From an uncultured Clostridium sp. (lineage in GTDB: Bacteria > Bacillota > Clostridia > TANB77 > CAG-508), in NCBI GenBank assembly GCA_949467015.1, contig CASVZF010000004.1:1-60268 (forward strand): a stretch of 60,268 nucleotides of DNA, read 5' to 3'. Under the pieces are notes generated by a model, which saw only the letters and a program-made list of their open reading frames with translations, was not told the origin of the DNA and ran no database searches. A program made the translations under genes and the position numbers. Positions 30,575 through 40,327 of this stretch are shown one piece after another; positions within the stretch are counted from its first letter, which is position 1, and each line of letters starts with the position of its first letter.

Positions 30575-31925
30575 ATGAATATTAGTTTAAAAGATATTAA
30601 AGAATTTTCAAAAGAATATAATAATAATCCCATTAATAAAATAATTGAAAATGCTATTACAGCCAATGGATTAGAAGAAGTATGTTTAAACAGAGATATT
30701 GTTGAAGAAAATCAATTTGTTTTTAATATTGAATTGCCAGATAGCAAAAGATATGACCAAAAGGACAGTTGGAAATGTTGGATTTATGCAGGATTAAATA
30801 TGATTAAGCACAATATGGCTAAAAATTTAAAAATAGATCTCATGGATTTTGAGTTGTCTAGTAACTATATTGCTTTTTACGATAAATTAGAAAAATCAAA
30901 CTACGTTTATGAAAATATTATACAATTGCCAGAAAACGCTGAATAATACATCAGAAATTAATAAAGAAGAGCATATTGAATTTATAAAAAAAGAAAAAAT
31001 AATAGATAATTGTGTAGCTGAAACTGGTGATTGGGAACATTTTAAAACGGTAATTAGTAAATATGGAATTGTACCAAATAAATACATGCCTAATCCTGTC
31101 GAAGGAGAAAGAGTGGAGAAAATTACTAGATTATACAGAGAAAAAGTAAAAAAAGATATTGTTTATTTATGGAAAGCAAAACAACAGAAAAAAGACCAAG
31201 AAACTTTGAGGAATATGAAAAAAGAGTATATTAAAGAAAACTATATTTTCTTATCAAAAATTTTAGGAGAACCACCTCATACATTTGATTATGAATATAT
31301 AAATAAAAATAATGAATATATTAAAAGGAAAAAAATGACACCTATGGATTTTTTAACACAATATTTAAGTGTAGATTTAGAAGATTTTATAAAAATTGGA
31401 AACGTACCAATGTATAACAAGGAATATGAGAAAATCTATGAAAAAAAATATTGTGGGAATATCTATGGGAAAACCAAAGTGAAATTTCTAAATTTACCAA
31501 TTGAAGATTTAAAAAACATGGCTGTACAACAATTAAAAGATGGAATGCCAGTATATATGTCGTTACATACGTTAAAAAGTAGATGTGAGAAATACGGAAT
31601 ATTAGATACAAGAATTTATAATTATGAACAAACATTAGGAATAACTCCATTAAGTAAAAAAGAAGGATTTGATTTCTCTGAAATATGTCCTAATCATTGT
31701 ATGGTCTTAACTGGAGTTAATGTAGTAGATAAGAAAAGTCAAAGATGGAAAGTAGAAGATAGTTATGGAATAGAAAAAAAGCCGAAAGGATATTACATTA
31801 TGAATGACAATTTTTTTGAAAAATTTGTTAGTAACATCATTATTCATAAAAAATATTTAACAGAAAAACAGAGAAAGCTATTAGAGCAAGAACCAATTAA
31901 ATATATGGCAGAAGCTAATATATAA
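30575..31925 (+). pseudogene. pepC: aminopeptidase C (C1B, bleomycin-hydrolase family), +1 frameshifted near 30929-30946
   Basis: The QKDSWKCWIYAGLN catalytic Cys region is in frame 1, which stops at 30944. Frame 2 carries WEHFKTVISKYGIVP ... NHCMVLTGV (catalytic His) ... WKVEDSYG. There is no CGG at this break. Confidence 0.75.
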
Positions 31926-31954
31926 AATATATTTTAGATTAAAGGAGGAAATTC

Positions 31955-33706
31955 ATGAAAGAAGAATTAATTACTTTAACAATAGACGACCAAGAAGTAA
32001 AAGTAAAAAAAGGAACCACTATTTTACAAGCTGCCAAACAAGCAGGAATAGACATTCCAACACTATGTTTCTTAAAAGATATCAACGAAGTAGGAGATTG
32101 CAGGATGTGTATTGTCGAAGTAGAAGGAAGAAGAGGCTTTGCTACATCTTGTATCCAAACAGTAGAAGAGGGAATGGTAGTACATACCCATACACCAAAT
32201 GTATTAGAAGCAAGACATGTCATATTAGACTTAATTATATCCAACCATGCCAAAGATTGCCTAACTTGTACTCGTTCTGGAAACTGTGAGTTACAAGATC
32301 TAGCTACGAAATTCAATGTTTTGCAAGTAGAATTTGAAGGAGAAAGAGCTGAACATAAAATTGATGATTTATCACCATCCATTGTAAGAGATTTTAATAA
32401 ATGTATCCTATGTAGGAGATGTGTAGCTGCTTGTAAAAACGTTCAAAAAATAGGGGCAATTGATTGTATTAACAGAGGATTTGAATCTTGTATATCAACT
32501 GTTGGAGATCACAGCTTAAATGACGTCAACTGTACAAACTGCGGGCAATGTATTGAAGCTTGCCCAACAGGAGCTTTACATGAAAAAGAAACCATTGATG
32601 ATGTTTGGATGAAATTAAAAGACCTAGATACATATGTTATTGCACAGACAGCACCAGCTGTTCGAGTAGCCTTAGGAGAAGAATTCGGAATGCCAATTGG
32701 AACCAATGTAACAGGTAAAATGGTAACTGCTTTAAAAAGATTAGGTTTTGATAAAGTATTTGACACGAATACAGGTGCTGACTTTACGATTATGGAAGAA
32801 GCAAATGAATTTATCGAAAGATTTCAAGAAAATGACAATCTTCCAATGATAACATCTTGCAGTCCGGGTTGGGTTAAATATATTGAAATGAATTATCCTG
32901 AATTATTGCCACATTTATCAACCTGTAAATCACCTCATCAAATGTTTGGAGCTTTGTTAAAAACTTATTATGCCAAAAAAGAAGGAATTGACCCTGAAAA
33001 AATTTATGTAGTATCGGTTATGCCATGTATTGCTAAAAAGTTCGAACGACAAAGGGAAGAAATGAAAAATGATGGACTTTATGATGTCGATAATGTTATT
33101 ACTACTCGTGAACTTTCTAGAATGATTAAACAGGCAAATATTGAATTCACAAAATTAGAAGATAACGAGTTTGATACTCCAATGGGAGAGGCAACAGGGG
33201 CAGCGGCTATTTTTGGAACAACCGGTGGTGTTATGGAAGCAGCACTTCGAACAGCACAAGATACCCTAACAGGAGAGAATTTAGAAAAAATAGAATTTAT
33301 GCAAGTTCGCGGTGGAGATGGCATCAAAAAAGCAACTGTCAATATTGCTGGAAGAGATATTAAAGTAGTAGCTGCAAGCGGATTAGCAAATGCGAAAGAA
33401 ATATTGGAAGAAATAAAATCTGGAAAAGCAGATTATCAATTTGTAGAAATTATGGCATGTCCTGGAGGCTGTGTAATGGGTGGAGGACAGCCAATTAAAA
33501 GTTCAAAAATACGTACCGAAATAGATGTAAGAAAATTAAGAGCAGATGCCCTTTATTCGATTGATGAAAAAAGCACGATACGAAAATCACATGAAAATCC
33601 TGTTTTAAAGAAAGTTTACAAAGAATATCTTGAAAAACCTGGAAGTGAGTTAGCCGAAAGATTATTACATACAACTTATCAAAAAAGGGAAAAATATAAA
33701 ATGTAG
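31955..33706 (+). CDS. hydA: [FeFe]-hydrogenase catalytic subunit (group A, multi-cluster N-terminus)
   Basis: H-cluster motifs TSCSPGW, MPCIAKKFE and EIMACPGGCVMGGGQP; N-terminal 2Fe-2S and 4Fe-4S Cys motifs. Confidence 0.9.
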   Translation: MKEELITLTIDDQEVKVKKGTTILQAAKQAGIDIPTLCFLKDINEVGDCRMCIVEVEGRRGFATSCIQTVEEGMVVHTHTPNVLEARHVILDLIISNHAKDCLTCTRSGNCELQDLATKFNVLQVEFEGERAEHKIDDLSPSIVRDFNKCILCRRCVAACKNVQKIGAIDCINRGFESCISTVGDHSLNDVNCTNCGQCIEACPTGALHEKETIDDVWMKLKDLDTYVIAQTAPAVRVALGEEFGMPIGTNVTGKMVTALKRLGFDKVFDTNTGADFTIMEEANEFIERFQENDNLPMITSCSPGWVKYIEMNYPELLPHLSTCKSPHQMFGALLKTYYAKKEGIDPEKIYVVSVMPCIAKKFERQREEMKNDGLYDVDNVITTRELSRMIKQANIEFTKLEDNEFDTPMGEATGAAAIFGTTGGVMEAALRTAQDTLTGENLEKIEFMQVRGGDGIKKATVNIAGRDIKVVAASGLANAKEILEEIKSGKADYQFVEIMACPGGCVMGGGQPIKSSKIRTEIDVRKLRADALYSIDEKSTIRKSHENPVLKKVYKEYLEKPGSELAERLLHTTYQKREKYKM

Positions 33707-33736
33707 ATATAACATTTATTTGTAATTATAAAAAAA

Positions 33737-33788
33737 CGGATTCAAGAATTTCTAAGCAGTTATTACTGCTTAGAAATTCTTGAATCCG
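33737..33788. terminator. 24 bp perfect hairpin downstream of hydA
   Basis: CGGATTCAAGAATTTCTAAGCAGT, TATT loop, exact complement. An A7 run precedes it, so the U-tract lies on the minus strand. Confidence 0.65.
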
Positions 33789-33841
33789 CATAATTATCTT
33801 CTACAGAAAGTTATTATACCATGATAACTTTCCTAGAATAT

Positions 33842-33880
33842 AAAAATATGGAAGTAAACATTTTACCTCCATATTTTTTA
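33842..33880. terminator. hairpin terminator downstream of the small minus-strand gene
   Basis: 17 bp stem AAAAATATGGAAGTAAA / TTTACCTCCATATTTTT (one mismatch) with T-runs on both strands. Confidence 0.55.
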
Positions 33881-33901
33881 GCCTGTGTAATTATAATTAG
33901 C

Positions 33902-34084
33902 TTAGTCAGTGTAATTATAATTAACAATATGCTGTTTATGCACAGGCAGTTCTGCGTCTTGCTCAGAAAGATCCAACAATACAGTATCACTTATAGACAA
34001 TTGTTCGTCTATATCCTCAACTGTGTTTTCGCAAAAAAGTGTTTGACCATCTGACAAAACCACATAGGAATTTGAGCAACGCAT
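33902..34084 (-). CDS. hypothetical small acidic protein (60 aa)
   Basis: AAGGAGG RBS 7 nt upstream of the ATG at 34084; terminator downstream; no recognisable family. Confidence 0.45.
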   Translation of the reverse strand: MRCSNSYVVLSDGQTLFCENTVEDIDEQLSISDTVLLDLSEQDAELPVHKQHIVNYNYTD

Positions 34085-34290
34085 TTGGAATTCCTCCTTA
34101 GCATTATGTTACGAATATGACCTACATTTACATTTTATTACAAACCTTTTATAATAGCAAGACTTTAAGAAAAAATAATGCTATTTTTTTACTTTTTTCG
34201 ACATAAATATTTGAACAAAAAAGAATTGTAAATAAAATTCTAATATAAAAATACTGATATATTATCTATATCAGTATTTTATATTAGCAA

Positions 34291-34389
34291 TTATCTACAA
34301 TTTTTATTATTTTGTTTTTCGTTGTTATCATTTTGGTTATTTCTATTATTATTTTGATTATTTTTATTTTCTTTATTTTTCTTTGACAT
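34291..34389 (-). CDS. candidate 32-aa Asn/Lys-rich micro-protein, absent from the ORF track
   Basis: GGAGGTG RBS, then ATG at 34389. Translation is MSKKNKENKNNQNNNRNNQNDNNEKQNNKNCR-stop. Confidence 0.3.
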   Translation of the reverse strand: MSKKNKENKNNQNNNRNNQNDNNEKQNNKNCR

Positions 34390-34544
34390 GAAAAAGCACC
34401 TCCATATTCAAATCTCAATTATATTGTAAACCAAAAAAATAAAATTATTCATCATTAGATTTGTTTTTTCATATAATTTGTTATTTAATAGCTAAAAATT
34501 TAATAAAACAAATGATATACTATTTTTGGAGGAAGTGTTAAATA

Positions 34545-35945
34545 ATGGAATATAAAAATAAAAAATTAGAAGAATTTAATGAATATATTAGATATAGGAA
34601 AGTAGCAATCATTGGACTAGGAGTTAGCAATATACCTTTAATTGATTATATGTATCAAAAAAAAGCAAGAGTAATGGTATTTGATGATAGGGAAAAAGAA
34701 AGCATACCAAAAGAATTAATGGATAAAATAGAACGATATAAATTTGAATATTCTTTTGGAAAAAATAGTTTAAAAAAATTAATAAATTTTGATATTATTT
34801 TTCGTTCTCCAAGTTGTTTGCCTACAAAACCAGAATTAGAAGAAGAAGCAAAAAGAGGAGCTATCGTTACTACAGAAATAGAGATGCTTATGAAAATGTG
34901 TCCTTGTAAAACAATTGGGGTAACGGGAAGTGATGGAAAAACAACAACGACTAGTCTCATTTCTGCTATATTAAAACAAGCTGGATATCATACTTATTTA
35001 GGAGGAAACATTGGAACCCCACTTTTTACAAAACTTTCAGAAATAAAACCAGAAGATATTGTGGTTTTAGAGCTAAGTAGTTTTCAATTAATGGGAATGC
35101 AAGTAAGCCCTAATATAGGAGTTATTACTAACATAACACCAAATCATTTAAATATACATAAAGATTATCAAGAATATATTGATGCAAAAAAGAATATTTT
35201 TAAATATCAAAACGAAAATGATAGAATCATTCTAAACTATGATAATGAAATTACTAGAAAGTGTGCGAAAGAAGCTGAAGCACAAGTCGTTTTTTTTAGT
35301 AGTAAAGAAAAATTAGAGAATGGTTTTATAGTAGACGAAAAAATGATAAAAGAATGTAAAGATAATATTAGAGAACATATTTTAGACACACAAGACGTAA
35401 TACTAAAAGGGGAGCATAATTATCAGAATATAGCAACAGCCTTGGCTGCAACTAAAACATTAGTTAATTTAGAAGATGCAACAGAAACAATAAAAAAATT
35501 TAATGGTGTAGAACATCGATTAGAATTTGTAAAAGAAATCAATCATGTAAAATGGTATAATGATTCTGCGAGTTCATCACCAACAAGAACAATATCAGGA
35601 ATTCGAGCATTTGATGAAGAATTGATATTAATTGCCGGTGGATATGATAAAAACTTAGATTATATTCCATTAGCAAAACCGATTGTAGACAAAGTAAAAA
35701 CATTACTTTTAATTGGTCAAACATCTGGAAAAATATTTGAGGCTGTGAAAGAAGAAATGGAAAGACAAAATAAAGATGTTAAAATCTATATGTGTGATAG
35801 CTTGAAGGAAACGGTTGATATTGCCAATAAAATAGCAAAAGCAGGGCAAGTGGTTCTATTTTCCCCGGGTAGCGCAAGTTTTGATATGTTTAAAAATGCT
35901 TATGATAGAGGAAATCAATTTAAAGATTTAGTAAATAAACTTTAA
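34545..35945 (+). CDS. murD: UDP-N-acetylmuramoyl-L-alanine--D-glutamate ligase
   Basis: GVTGSDGKTTT P-loop, NITPNHLNIH, HRLEFV, Mur ligase length. Confidence 0.9.
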   Translation: MEYKNKKLEEFNEYIRYRKVAIIGLGVSNIPLIDYMYQKKARVMVFDDREKESIPKELMDKIERYKFEYSFGKNSLKKLINFDIIFRSPSCLPTKPELEEEAKRGAIVTTEIEMLMKMCPCKTIGVTGSDGKTTTTSLISAILKQAGYHTYLGGNIGTPLFTKLSEIKPEDIVVLELSSFQLMGMQVSPNIGVITNITPNHLNIHKDYQEYIDAKKNIFKYQNENDRIILNYDNEITRKCAKEAEAQVVFFSSKEKLENGFIVDEKMIKECKDNIREHILDTQDVILKGEHNYQNIATALAATKTLVNLEDATETIKKFNGVEHRLEFVKEINHVKWYNDSASSSPTRTISGIRAFDEELILIAGGYDKNLDYIPLAKPIVDKVKTLLLIGQTSGKIFEAVKEEMERQNKDVKIYMCDSLKETVDIANKIAKAGQVVLFSPGSASFDMFKNAYDRGNQFKDLVNKL

Positions 35946-36006
35946 TTTAATTCACAAATTCTGAAAAACCTCCATATGATATAGAAAAAACAAGGAGGTT
36001 TTATCC

Positions 36007-36597
36007 ATGTATAATAATGAATCATTTGATGATTACATAAGAAGTATTTTGGGATATCCCAATACAAGTAATATGTACATGAACAATATTTCGGAAGATA
36101 ACACTATGTCATCTGTCGCCAATCGTGATGAAAACTTGGAAGATTGTTACCCCGAGATATATAGGATAGTATATCCTATGATTTCACAAAGATGTTCTAG
36201 AATGACAGAACCGGCAACGAGAGAAATGGTAGAAAATATGACAGATGAAATTTATTCTGCAATTGAAGTAAACAACGAAATTAATCTTAATATTAATCTA
36301 CAAAATGAAGTAACAAACAATAGAAATGAGGTCAGAACTTCTTTAAAGGAAGTGCCTAAAGAGAAAGATAAACGAGAAACTAGAGGAGAAGATAGGCAAT
36401 TTGGCAATAGAAATTTAAGAGATCTAATTCAAATTTTAATTATTAGAGAATTGCTAAGAAGGCGTAGACGACCTCCTATACCAGGTAGACCACCATTCCC
36501 TGGTGGAAGACCTCCATTTCCAGGAAGACCTGGAATGGGCAGACCACCAATGATGCCAAGAGAATACAACTCGATGGATATCTATGAACAATATTAA
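36007..36597 (+). CDS. hypothetical protein with Pro/Arg-rich repeat C-terminus
   Basis: GGAGG RBS; C-terminal RRRRPPIPGRPPFPGGRPPFPGRPGMGRPPMMP; no confident family assignment. Confidence 0.5.
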   Translation: MYNNESFDDYIRSILGYPNTSNMYMNNISEDNTMSSVANRDENLEDCYPEIYRIVYPMISQRCSRMTEPATREMVENMTDEIYSAIEVNNEINLNINLQNEVTNNRNEVRTSLKEVPKEKDKRETRGEDRQFGNRNLRDLIQILIIRELLRRRRRPPIPGRPPFPGGRPPFPGRPGMGRPPMMPREYNSMDIYEQY

Positions 36598-36613
36598 AAA
36601 AAAATGATGATTA

Positions 36614-36650
36614 AAAACAGAAAATATTTTGGAAATATTTTCTGTTTTTT
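36614..36650 (+). terminator. intrinsic terminator
   Basis: 16 bp stem AAAACAGAAAATATTT / AAATATTTTCTGTTTT plus a T-run. Confidence 0.75.
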
Positions 36651-36743
36651 ACTTTTTTTTACTTACCTAGATAAGTTTTTTTGCATATTATTTTTTATTT
36701 TGCAAAAAATAATATTGAGAAATTTTGAAAGGTGGTAAATGAA

Positions 36744-37190
36744 ATGAAAGTTAAAGAATGTATGTGTAATGATGTTTGTTGTGTAAAACCTGAAACAAAA
36801 ATTCAAGAAGTTGCTAAATTAATGTCAGAAAATCATATTGGTTGTATTCCAGTATGTGATGAAAATCAATGTATTTGTGGGATTGTAACAGACAGAGACG
36901 TTTTATTAAGATGTGTAGCATGCAACAAGGATACCAATCAAACTCCAGTAAGTGATATCATGAGCTGTAATGTATGTACATGCAAAGAAGATGACGAAAT
37001 TACAAATGCAGAAACAAAAATGGGACAAAATCAAATTAGAAGATTACCTGTATGTGATGACAAGAATAAAGTAGTAGGAATATTAACTTTAGGAAATTTG
37101 GCACAAAATGATCAAGAAATAGGAAAACAACAAGTATGTTCAACACTTGAAAATATATGTAATTGCCAAGAAAGTAAAAATGCTGAATAA
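36744..37190 (+). CDS. Cys-rich CBS-pair domain protein
   Basis: VKECM...V..V.P...I.EVAKLM.E..IG.IPV and RRLPV.D....VGILTLGNL CBS repeats; GGTGG RBS before ATG 36744. Confidence 0.7.
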   Translation: MKVKECMCNDVCCVKPETKIQEVAKLMSENHIGCIPVCDENQCICGIVTDRDVLLRCVACNKDTNQTPVSDIMSCNVCTCKEDDEITNAETKMGQNQIRRLPVCDDKNKVVGILTLGNLAQNDQEIGKQQVCSTLENICNCQESKNAE

Positions 37191-37216
37191 TAGTCCTACT
37201 AATTTTATAATTTTTA

Positions 37217-37244
37217 AAAAGGACGGATATAATTCCGTCCTTTT
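37217..37244 (+). terminator. intrinsic terminator after the CBS gene
   Basis: AAAAGGACGGA / TCCGTCCTTTT stem with a TATAAT loop. Confidence 0.65.
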
Positions 37245-37272
37245 GCATATAATAGAAAAATAGGAGGGAGTC

Positions 37273-38370
37273 ATGATTTTTGACGTTTCTTATTGGACAA
37301 GAGTCTTAAAAAGAATTTTATACGTTATTTTTATCTTACTTGGCTTATATATAGGTTTAAAATTATCTATTTTTTATATGCCTTTTTTAGTTGCTTTCAT
37401 CATTTCTTTAATGATAGAACCTGCCATTAAGTTTATCATGAACAAAACGAATTTAACTAGAAGAACAAGCTCGATTATTATATTTATTTTTGTTTCACTT
37501 ATTATTGTAGGAACATTATCGTGGTTAATTATTACACTTTTTTCTGAAGCCTCCAGCCTGTTACAAGGTTTAAATAATTACTTCGATAAAGCTTACATAC
37601 AGTTCCAAAATATTATTTCAAGTTTCAACTTTGATAAAATACATTTGTCAAATGAAATCTTATCAGTAATAGAAAATTCAACAGAGGATTTACTTGGGAC
37701 AGTTTCGAATTGGCTAAAAAATGCATTAACGGGAGTTTTGAATTTTGTAACAAATATACCTTCTATAGCGATTTGTATTGGTATAGCAGTAGTAGCCTTA
37801 TATTTTATTTGCGTAGACAAAATCTATATTTTAGATCAAATTGAATACCATTTACCCAAAGTGTGGGTTAGAAAACTAAAAATCCACTTAAAAGATTTAA
37901 TAGAAAGCTTAGGTGGATATTTAAAAGCAGAAGCGACCCTTATTTTAGTTTCTTTTATTATCTCTTTGATTGGGTTGTACATTTTAGAATTTGCCGGATT
38001 TAATATACAATATCCTTTACTTATGGCTCTATTTATCGGATTCGTGGATGCTCTTCCTATCCTTGGTTCAGGAACGGTTATGATACCTTGGGCAATTATT
38101 TGTGCTATCAACGGAGACATCAATTTAGGGATTGCTATTATCGTTCTATTAATCATCATGTCAGTTACTAGACAATTATTAGAACCCAAATTAGTCAGTA
38201 AAAACATCGGGATACATCCAATTTTTACATTAATAGCTATGTATACTGGATTTAAAGTGATTGGAGTAATGGGACTTTTGATTGGACCAATCGTGCTTAT
38301 TATATTTAAAAATATATTTGCTAATTTAATCGATAAAGGAGTATTTAAAACTATTTTTGATAGAAAATAA
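37273..38370 (+). CDS. ytvI: sporulation integral membrane protein YtvI (AI-2E/PerM family)
   Basis: 8 TM segments, AI-2E family motifs (FIGFVDALPILGSGTVMIPW, LLEPKLVSKNIGIHP). Confidence 0.75.
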   Translation: MIFDVSYWTRVLKRILYVIFILLGLYIGLKLSIFYMPFLVAFIISLMIEPAIKFIMNKTNLTRRTSSIIIFIFVSLIIVGTLSWLIITLFSEASSLLQGLNNYFDKAYIQFQNIISSFNFDKIHLSNEILSVIENSTEDLLGTVSNWLKNALTGVLNFVTNIPSIAICIGIAVVALYFICVDKIYILDQIEYHLPKVWVRKLKIHLKDLIESLGGYLKAEATLILVSFIISLIGLYILEFAGFNIQYPLLMALFIGFVDALPILGSGTVMIPWAIICAINGDINLGIAIIVLLIIMSVTRQLLEPKLVSKNIGIHPIFTLIAMYTGFKVIGVMGLLIGPIVLIIFKNIFANLIDKGVFKTIFDRK

Positions 38371-38379
38371 GATAGTTAT

Positions 38380-38596
38380 GGACACTTCTTCTTGTTCCAA
38401 AAAGTTACAGTAAAGTCCTAAGTGATTTTATAATATTTTTTACACCTTGTGTGTCGCAACTTAAACTTATAAGAATGAGTAAGTTGCTCCAATCGCACTC
38501 ACTTTCGTTCGTTTGATCTCTTACGCGGCGTTACAAAATAATATAAAATCGCTTAAGACTAAATAGTAACTAAAAAAAGAGCGAGAAGAACCATCC
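38380..38596 (+). ncRNA. candidate 6S-RNA-like structured RNA (long imperfect hairpin); strand and ends uncertain
   Basis: 38404-38439 pairs imperfectly (about 28 of 36) with 38535-38570, and the outer arms 38380-38403 / 38571-38596 also pair. There is an internal asymmetric bubble and an apical hairpin GCAACTTA...TAAGTTGC. The 5' arm AAAGTCCTAAGTG and 3' arm CGCTTAAGACT recall the closing stem of Bacillus 6S-1 as I remember it. G+C is locally elevated and there is no ORF. Confidence 0.4.
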
Positions 38597-38617
38597 TCAA
38601 TTGTACTCAATTTTTTA

Positions 38618-40168
38618 TTATTCCCATTCAATTGTTGCGGGTGGTTTAGAAGTAATGTCATAAACAACACGATTTACATGTTTTACTTCATTTACAATTC
38701 TACTAGAAACTTTTTCTAAAACTTCATAAGGTATTTTACTCCAAATACCTGTCATAAAATCAGTTGTTTCAACAGCACGAAGAGCTATGGTATAATCATA
38801 AGTTCTTTCATCACCCATAACACCAACTGATTTTAAATTAGTTAAGACTGCAAAATATTGATTGATGTTTTTGTGTAAACCAGCAATCGCAATTTCTTCT
38901 CTGAAGATACTATCAGCATCTTTTAAAATCGTCAATTTATCATCTGTTATTTCACCAATTATTCTTATTGCTAATCCAGGACCAGGGAAGGGTTGCCTAA
39001 ATACCAAGTTTTCTGGAATTCCTAGTTCTAATCCAGTTTTTCTTACTTCATCTTTGAACAAATCTCTTAAAGGTTCTACAATTTCTTTAAAATCAACATG
39101 GTCAGGAAGCCCTCCTACGTTATGATGACTTTTTATAACCGAACTCTTTCCTAATCCACTTTCAATAACATCAGGATAAATGGTACCTTGAACTAAGAAA
39201 TCTACAGTGCCAATTTTTTTAGCTTCTTCTTCAAATACTCTAATAAATTCTTCTCCAATAATTTTTCTTTTTTTCTCTGGATCAGTAATACCAGAAAGCT
39301 TATTTAGAAATCTATCCTTGCAATTTACTCTAATTAAATTGATATCAAATTGATTTCTAAATATTTCTTCTACTTCATCGCCTTCGTTTTTGCGAAGAAG
39401 ACCATGATCTAAAAAGATACAAGTTAAATTTTTGCCAATTGCTTTACTTAAAAGTATAGCAGCAACAGAGGAATCGACACCTCCTGATAAAGCACATAAA
39501 GCTTTTTTGTTGCCGATTTTTTCTTTTAACTTTTTTATACTATCTTCTACAAATGAAGATATAATCCAATCACCTGTGCAATTACAAATATTAAATAAAA
39601 AGTTCTTAATAACTTGTGTTCCATTAATAGAGTGATTAACTTCTGGATGAAACTGGATACCATATAGTTTTCTTTCTTTATTTTCCATAGCAGCATTTGG
39701 ACAAGATAGAGTAGAACCAATATTTTTAAATCCTTTTGGAACGGCTTCTACATAATCGGTATGACTCATTAAAAATCCATTTTTATCTTCAAAGCCTTGA
39801 AATAATAGGGAAGAGTTATCGATGCTTACTTGTGTTGTTCCATATTCTCTTTTATTCGCTCTTGCTACTTTTCCACCCAAAGAATAGGTCATTAATTGCA
39901 TACCATAACAAATTCCAAGTACCGGTATACCTAATTCAAATATTCCTTCTGAACATCTTGGAGAATCATCTCCAAATACACTTGCTGGTCCTCCTGTAAA
40001 TATAATACCTTTTGGATTTTTCTCTTTAATTTTTTCTAAAGAAATATCAAAAGGTACTACCTCTGAATATACATTACATTCTCTAACTCTTCGTGCTATT
40101 AACTGATTATATTGTCCTCCAAAATCTAGTATCAAAATTAGTTGATTTTTCACTTTATTTACCTCCAA
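38618..40168 (-). CDS. guaA: glutamine-hydrolysing GMP synthase
   Basis: GATase CYGMQL, ATP-PPase SGGVDSSV, C-terminal KPPATIEWE. Confidence 0.95.
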   Translation of the reverse strand: MEVNKVKNQLILILDFGGQYNQLIARRVRECNVYSEVVPFDISLEKIKEKNPKGIIFTGGPASVFGDDSPRCSEGIFELGIPVLGICYGMQLMTYSLGGKVARANKREYGTTQVSIDNSSLLFQGFEDKNGFLMSHTDYVEAVPKGFKNIGSTLSCPNAAMENKERKLYGIQFHPEVNHSINGTQVIKNFLFNICNCTGDWIISSFVEDSIKKLKEKIGNKKALCALSGGVDSSVAAILLSKAIGKNLTCIFLDHGLLRKNEGDEVEEIFRNQFDINLIRVNCKDRFLNKLSGITDPEKKRKIIGEEFIRVFEEEAKKIGTVDFLVQGTIYPDVIESGLGKSSVIKSHHNVGGLPDHVDFKEIVEPLRDLFKDEVRKTGLELGIPENLVFRQPFPGPGLAIRIIGEITDDKLTILKDADSIFREEIAIAGLHKNINQYFAVLTNLKSVGVMGDERTYDYTIALRAVETTDFMTGIWSKIPYEVLEKVSSRIVNEVKHVNRVVYDITSKPPATIEWE

Positions 40169-40227
40169 ATTTTAAATTATATTAATAGGAACATTCTAAC
40201 ATAATTATAATATTTTGTCCAAAAATA

Positions 40228-40256
40228 TTTACAATTTTTATAATTTATATTATAAT
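40228..40256 (+). promoter_or_regulatory. guaB promoter candidate
   Basis: TTTACA (40228-40233), 17 nt spacer, TATAAT (40251-40256). Confidence 0.45.
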
Positions 40257-40267
40257 CTATAGAAGTG

Positions 40268-40306
40268 AATAAGATGCTAAAAAACACATGCATCTTATTT
40301 TTTTAT
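40268..40306 (+). terminator. terminator-like hairpin in the guaB leader (possible attenuator)
   Basis: 10 bp stem AATAAGATGC / GCATCTTATT, 12 nt loop, T8 run, ending 22 nt before the guaB ATG. Confidence 0.45.
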
Positions 40307-40327
40307 TATAAAATAGGAGGAATTAAT

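Noticed and set aside
40169-40327. Purine or guanine riboswitch in the guaA/guaB divergent region
   Set aside because: I could not find the conserved three-way junction sequence features (for example UAUAAU...CUACC...GUAAAU-type loops). Only a simple hairpin is present.
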